A DNA stretch of 61,336 nt, filler included, from an uncultured Methanosarcinales archaeon (lineage in GTDB: Archaea; Nanobdellota; Nanobdellia; Woesearchaeales; CAIVOO01), in assembly GCA_964485195.1 (NCBI GenBank). It is 5 parts of 5 records of this genome, joined end to end, with 100 filler letters (N's around TTAATTAATTAA, not from the genome) between each part and the next. Parts side by side here need not be neighbours in the genome. Positions count along the whole stretch, not along the records: positions 45,556 to 61,336 come from CAZAIK010000012.1; 4 more parts are not named here. The stretch is one strand, 5' to 3'. Shown here one piece after another: positions 57,774 to 61,336 of this stretch. The stretch's first letter is position 1, and the number at the start of each line of letters is the position of its first letter. Made by a program: the position numbers and the translations under genes. The notes under the pieces are model-generated. The model was given only the letters and a program-made list of their open reading frames with translations. It ran no database searches and was not told the origin of the DNA.

Positions 57774-58048
57774 GAAAATACCTTATTTGCTTCTATCAAG
57801 GCAACAAATCCTTCATAGTCAACTAGTTTCACATTTGCATTATTTTTTATACCCCTTAGTTCCAAATCCTCTTTTAGGGCAATAATCTCAGCATTTTTTT
57901 CTTTAAACTCTTCAATAGCTTTTGATGTTTTATTGTTCAGCATAAGGACCCCATCTTGTATGAGGAGCACTTTATCATCTTGCTTGACATATTTCATTAC
58001 ATTTGTATTTTTGTTTGATAATGATTCTTTTATTATGAATAGCACCAT
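57770..58048 (-). CDS. dsrH: DsrH/TusB sulfur relay subunit
   Basis: D.VLLIQDGV, L.EDL..RG, DY.GFV.L. Confidence 0.9.
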   Translation of the reverse strand: MVLFIIKESLSNKNTNVMKYVKQDDKVLLIQDGVLMLNNKTSKAIEEFKEKNAEIIALKEDLELRGIKNNANVKLVDYEGFVALIEANKVFS

Positions 58049-58057
58049 TTTTTCACC

Positions 58058-58408
58058 TCAAAAATTGATTATTGTCTCGGCCTCATCGATAAAGTCGCGC
58101 AATTCTTTGTTTGTTATATGGTCTGCTTTAATGCAGTCAGATTCTGCAAGATTTCGCTCTGTCATTGATTCTTCACTGGCAAATATCTTTAGGCCAAATT
58201 CTTCTGCGTTATCAAACCCTTCTTTTAGTCCTGTCATCCCTCCTAATTCTGGTTTTTGGTCTTTTGCCAGGCAAAACACGCCATCATTTGCAAAGACCAG
58301 CTTTGTCTCTAAATCCATCCCTGCGAAAGCAATGCCTGCCCTCAATGCTTCTGCTGCAAAAACGCTTCCAAAAGGCGCGTTATTGACGATTAGCAATACT
58401 TTATTCAT
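58058..58408 (-). CDS. dsrF: DsrF/TusC sulfur relay subunit
   Basis: APFGS....EALR, F..DGV..L.K.Q.P, ES..ER.L. Confidence 0.88.
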   Translation of the reverse strand: MNKVLLIVNNAPFGSVFAAEALRAGIAFAGMDLETKLVFANDGVFCLAKDQKPELGGMTGLKEGFDNAEEFGLKIFASEESMTERNLAESDCIKADHITNKELRDFIDEAETIINF

Positions 58409-58417
58409 TTTTTCACC

Positions 58418-58762
58418 TCATATGCTTACGAATCTGTCGCATTCCTTGATTAAGTCTGCAAGACCCGGAAGGCCTTCAAGCTCTCCTTTTTCTACAAGCT
58501 GATCTCTTTTTATACCCCTATATTGGACGCAGACTCCGCAGATCTTTACTTCAACCCCTATTCTTGTCAATTCATCTAGCTTTCTGGCAAGGTTTCTCTC
58601 GCTTCCAGAATTAATCCCTTTATTTGCTGCTATTACGCTGTCTACATAAAGAAAGATTTTTACCTCATGTTTTTTGCTTATTGCAGCTTTTGCCAGATGG
58701 TATGCTGTGTCTACATCCTGATATGTATAGGGCGGCCTTACTAACATCAATCCAAGTTTCAT
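58418..58762 (-). CDS. dsrE: DsrE/TusD sulfur relay subunit
   Basis: PY....DTA..LA.AA, IFLY.D.V, CGVC...RG, GL..LA......DR.V. Confidence 0.9.
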   Translation of the reverse strand: MKLGLMLVRPPYTYQDVDTAYHLAKAAISKKHEVKIFLYVDSVIAANKGINSGSERNLARKLDELTRIGVEVKICGVCVQYRGIKRDQLVEKGELEGLPGLADLIKECDRFVSI

Positions 58763-59775
58763 TCTTTTTCACCTCTCATAAACATAAAATATGCAGCAGT
58801 CCATGCTCCTAATATTATGAACGTTCCTGCTATGATGCTACTTACAGCTAACTGCGGAACGCCGCTTAAGATATGGCCAATGTTGCATCCGCCAGCAATT
58901 ATCGCGCCTAATCCGAGAAGTATCCCCCCGATAAATGCCTGAACTCCCATTTTTATTGGAGGCATCCTTATTTTGAATTCATTAGCAATTAAAGCAGCAA
59001 TAAACGCCCCGATAATCAACCCAATAACCTCGAAAGATTCCCAGGTTAGGAAGTTCTGGCCAGTAATTATAGACTTCACGATTGTCTCAAAACCCATTGT
59101 GATCCCTAAAGGATAATTTCTTCCTGAAAGAGGGGAAAATATAAATGCCAAAATCCCTATAATCCCTATTGTCATTCCTGTGGCTTTCCAGTTCCAGCCT
59201 GATTTGAATATCCTGCCAAATATAGATTTTTCAGTCTCTGATGATGAAGCTTCCTTTTGCCTAAATAAAAAGTATATTCCAATAATTGAAAGGACTATGA
59301 CAAATAACCATGCAGGAATTCCTGTGACTGAAGATAATGTTATTTTTCCTAAATCCTGCTGCTGTATTGTTTTGGTGATGCCTGACAAAAATCCGTCTTT
59401 TGCAAAATAAGCTGTAGATGCAAATGCCAGCAGCGCAAGCATTGAACTGACCATCCCTTCACCAACTCTATAAGCTGTCCCGCTTGCACATCCTCCTGCA
59501 ATCACCATTCCAATGCCAAAAATAAATCCTCCTGTAATTACACCCAAGATAAAAAACGATTTTGGAGCAAGAGTGATTATTCCAAAATAGGAAAGCAGAC
59601 CAAATCCTATCATCTCAATAATGAGAGCCAGACCAACTGCTTTCAGCAAAGTAAAATCTTTGAATACCAATGGATCACGGAATGCTGAATTCATGCAGAA
59701 CCTGCCTTTTTGCAAAACAAAACCAAACAACAATCCAATGACTAATCCAGATAATATCCCAAAAAATTCCATCAT
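58759..59775 (-). CDS. yeeE: YeeE/YedE (TsuA-like) thiosulfate/sulfur transporter
   Basis: FG..LQ+GRFC, GG..FG.GM..AGGCASG, GG.L.G.GA..AGGCNIGH. Confidence 0.93.
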   Translation of the reverse strand: MMEFFGILSGLVIGLLFGFVLQKGRFCMNSAFRDPLVFKDFTLLKAVGLALIIEMIGFGLLSYFGIITLAPKSFFILGVITGGFIFGIGMVIAGGCASGTAYRVGEGMVSSMLALLAFASTAYFAKDGFLSGITKTIQQQDLGKITLSSVTGIPAWLFVIVLSIIGIYFLFRQKEASSSETEKSIFGRIFKSGWNWKATGMTIGIIGILAFIFSPLSGRNYPLGITMGFETIVKSIITGQNFLTWESFEVIGLIIGAFIAALIANEFKIRMPPIKMGVQAFIGGILLGLGAIIAGGCNIGHILSGVPQLAVSSIIAGTFIILGAWTAAYFMFMRGEKE

Positions 59776-60012
59776 CTACTTCACCTTTATCAGCATTCTA
59801 TGTTCAGGGCCTTTTATTTTTTCAACACTTATAACCTTATGCCCCTCTTTCTCTGCATTTCGTGGAATCCTCTCCAAGGACAGAGGATAATCTGTCAAGA
59901 CTTCAAGGATATCACCAGATTTCATCTCCTTTAATTTTTTTCTTGTCTTTATGTCAGGATAAGGGCAGATTTCTCCCCTCACATCAATTGTAGCATTAGG
60001 CTTTTCAGCCAT
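59776..60012 (-). CDS. tusA: TusA/YeeD family sulfurtransferase
   Basis: D.RG..CPYP, L..M..G..LEV..D.P.S...IP. Confidence 0.92.
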   Translation of the reverse strand: MAEKPNATIDVRGEICPYPDIKTRKKLKEMKSGDILEVLTDYPLSLERIPRNAEKEGHKVISVEKIKGPEHRMLIKVK

Positions 60013-60023
60013 TTTGCATCACC

Positions 60024-60464
60024 TCAGTTTAATTTGTCTCCCGGGTTTATGCAGTTGTTTTCGAGACAGTATTTTATCTTGCTTTCCATCTCATCTCCCA
60101 TGTAATCCGCGTAGCCGACCCAGTACTCTTCACCTATAAATGTTGTTGGAACTCCTTGTGCTGATGTGCCGTAAGCTTTTGCAACTTCCTGGAAAAGCCT
60201 GGCGTTCTCTGGATTCTTCCAGGTCTCAAACATCTTTATCTCAATTTCAGGATACTTCTCCTGCATCTCTTCAAGGAAAGGCTTCTCCTCAGCGCAATGA
60301 GGGCAGCCATCTCCCCAGAAAAAATAAACTGTCACTTTGCCAGGATCATCATTGAGGTTTGCAACAACACTGCCTGTTGGTATTGTTTGCGTATTTGAAG
60401 AGCATCCTGTTAACGCTATGCTTCCTAATATTACCAATATCAAATACAATTGTTTGTGTTTCAT
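60024..60464 (-). CDS. Glutaredoxin/thioredoxin-fold lipoprotein
   Basis: Lipobox LTGC; FWG.GCPHC, GVP..FIG. Confidence 0.88.
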   Translation of the reverse strand: MKHKQLYLILVILGSIALTGCSSNTQTIPTGSVVANLNDDPGKVTVYFFWGDGCPHCAEEKPFLEEMQEKYPEIEIKMFETWKNPENARLFQEVAKAYGTSAQGVPTTFIGEEYWVGYADYMGDEMESKIKYCLENNCINPGDKLN

Positions 60465-60847
60465 TTTATCTTTTCTCCGTATGTTTTTTCAGCTTCTTTT
60501 GGATCTAACAGGTTATCAACTCCTTCTTTGTCCTCTATCTTAATTTTCATAATCCAGTTTTTGTAAGGCTCCTTATTTATCTTTGATGGCTCGTCAAAAA
60601 GTGAATCATTCACTTCTATAATTTCTCCGCTGACCGGGCTTGATAGGTGTCCTGACCACTTGACTGCCTCTAGAGATACATAAGTTTCTCCCTGTTTTAT
60701 CTTTTTCCCTTTTTCAGGAAGCTTGATGAACACAAATTCCTTCACTTTTTTTGCAGCAGGCTCAATAATTCCCACCGTAGCTATATTAGCTTCAATTTTT
60801 ACCCAAGAGTAGTCTTTATTGTACCTTAAATCATTTGGAAATTTCAT
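60461..60847 (-). CDS. Glycine cleavage H-like lipoyl carrier protein
   Basis: P..L.Y....WV, VGI, E.VK (lipoyl-Lys), SPVSG...EVN..L...P..IN..PY..W; GGAGG SD. Confidence 0.92.
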   Translation of the reverse strand: MKFPNDLRYNKDYSWVKIEANIATVGIIEPAAKKVKEFVFIKLPEKGKKIKQGETYVSLEAVKWSGHLSSPVSGEIIEVNDSLFDEPSKINKEPYKNWIMKIKIEDKEGVDNLLDPKEAEKTYGEKIK

Positions 60848-61336
60848 TTTCAACCTCCTTTTCATCATCTTCAGATTTTTCTTTTGTCATATCCTCATTT
60901 TTATCAGCTTCATCTGGTTTTTTGTTTTTCTTGATCCTCTTTGTAATGTAGACAATAATTCCCGCTGTTGTCAGGGCTGTAGCAACCAGTCCTAAAGAAA
61001 CCAATGCATTGTTCATCAGGGCAGGCTTAATTATCAAGACCATGCCTAAACACAGCATCATCACCCCTGAGATCAGCTTTAAGACCTGTCCCTGCCATTC
61101 TGTCATTTTTTTAGCTCCTAAAGTGATTACAAACATCAAGACAATGAACAGTAGGGGGATAATATAAACCAAGTTATAAAACCCAAGGTATATATAGTAT
61201 TGTGCAGTTGATAAATTGTGAAGAGTCAACACTCTTGTAAATACCATCGGGAATCCTGCAGTGCACAATAGCTCATAACTATTTGCAGCAATGGCAAGGA
61301 TAATCGTGCCTATCATCATTGATGGAAGAGAGGAGG
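60831..61336 (-). CDS. DsbD/CcdA-like membrane redox protein, C-terminal part (extends beyond window)
   Basis: N.YELLCTAGFP..F, Y...YN..Y..PL, LKL.SG..M. Confidence 0.75.
   Translation of the reverse strand, partial: SSLPSMMIGTIILAIAANSYELLCTAGFPMVFTRVLTLHNLSTAQYYIYLGFYNLVYIIPLLFIVLMFVITLGAKKMTEWQGQVLKLISGVMMLCLGMVLIIKPALMNNALVSLGLVATALTTAGIIVYITKRIKKNKKPDEADKNEDMTKEKSEDDEKEVENEISK

Noticed and set aside
57770..60012. dsrEFH as evidence of dissimilatory sulfur oxidation or tRNA 2-thiolation
   Set aside because: No dsrAB, dsrC/tusE or mnmA in the window; the pathway cannot be assigned from these genes alone.
1..61336. CRISPR array, integrase, transposase, reverse transcriptase/DGR, rRNA
   Set aside because: No regularly spaced repeats or recognisable motifs found; the 62-bp repeat has no adenine-specific mismatches and no RT nearby.
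51127..61336. Selenocysteine read-through in the redox genes
   Set aside because: Catalytic positions are ordinary Cys codons and TGA stops coincide with expected C-termini or next-gene overlaps.

Overview
This window comes from an archaeal metagenome-type assembly, most likely a DPANN archaeon of the Woesearchaeales (inferred from gene content: aIF2alpha-nop10, ABCE1, class III pilins, an intron-containing tRNA and many lineage-typical small proteins). It is five contigs (1-23503, 23604-28764, 28865-32636, 32737-45455, 45556-61336) joined by four artificial 100-nt N/TTAATTAATTAA linkers, so adjacency across linkers means nothing. Contig 1 carries two HIT proteins that both lack the catalytic histidine, a 1752-aa surface protein, an archaeal type IV pilus locus, a short NFACT protein, NnrD, an ABC-2 exporter, DedA and a truncated tRNA. 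Contig 2 carries aIF2alpha, nop10, enolase, two decayed toxin-antitoxin loci and a single-domain Hel308-like helicase. Contig 3 carries hypothetical genes, a HEPN-like gene and a degenerate ComEC-like MBL protein. Contig 4 carries an HTH regulator with twin palindromic operators, a candidate non-type-IV surface filament operon, a non-canonical tRNA-Thr(CGU), a membrane-anchored JAMM protein, ABCE1 and a CoA-activase pair. Contig 5 carries GH57, gpmI, a LeuB-like enzyme and a roughly 10-kb minus-strand island. The island joins thiosulfate uptake and sulfur relay genes (YeeE, TusA, DsrEFH), lipoate assembly genes (GcvH-like, LipA, split LplA/B) and an ArsR-controlled arsE/F/G/P-like operon. This island and the surface filament operon are the best candidates for undescribed systems. 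All product calls rest on motif recognition by eye; no database search was run.
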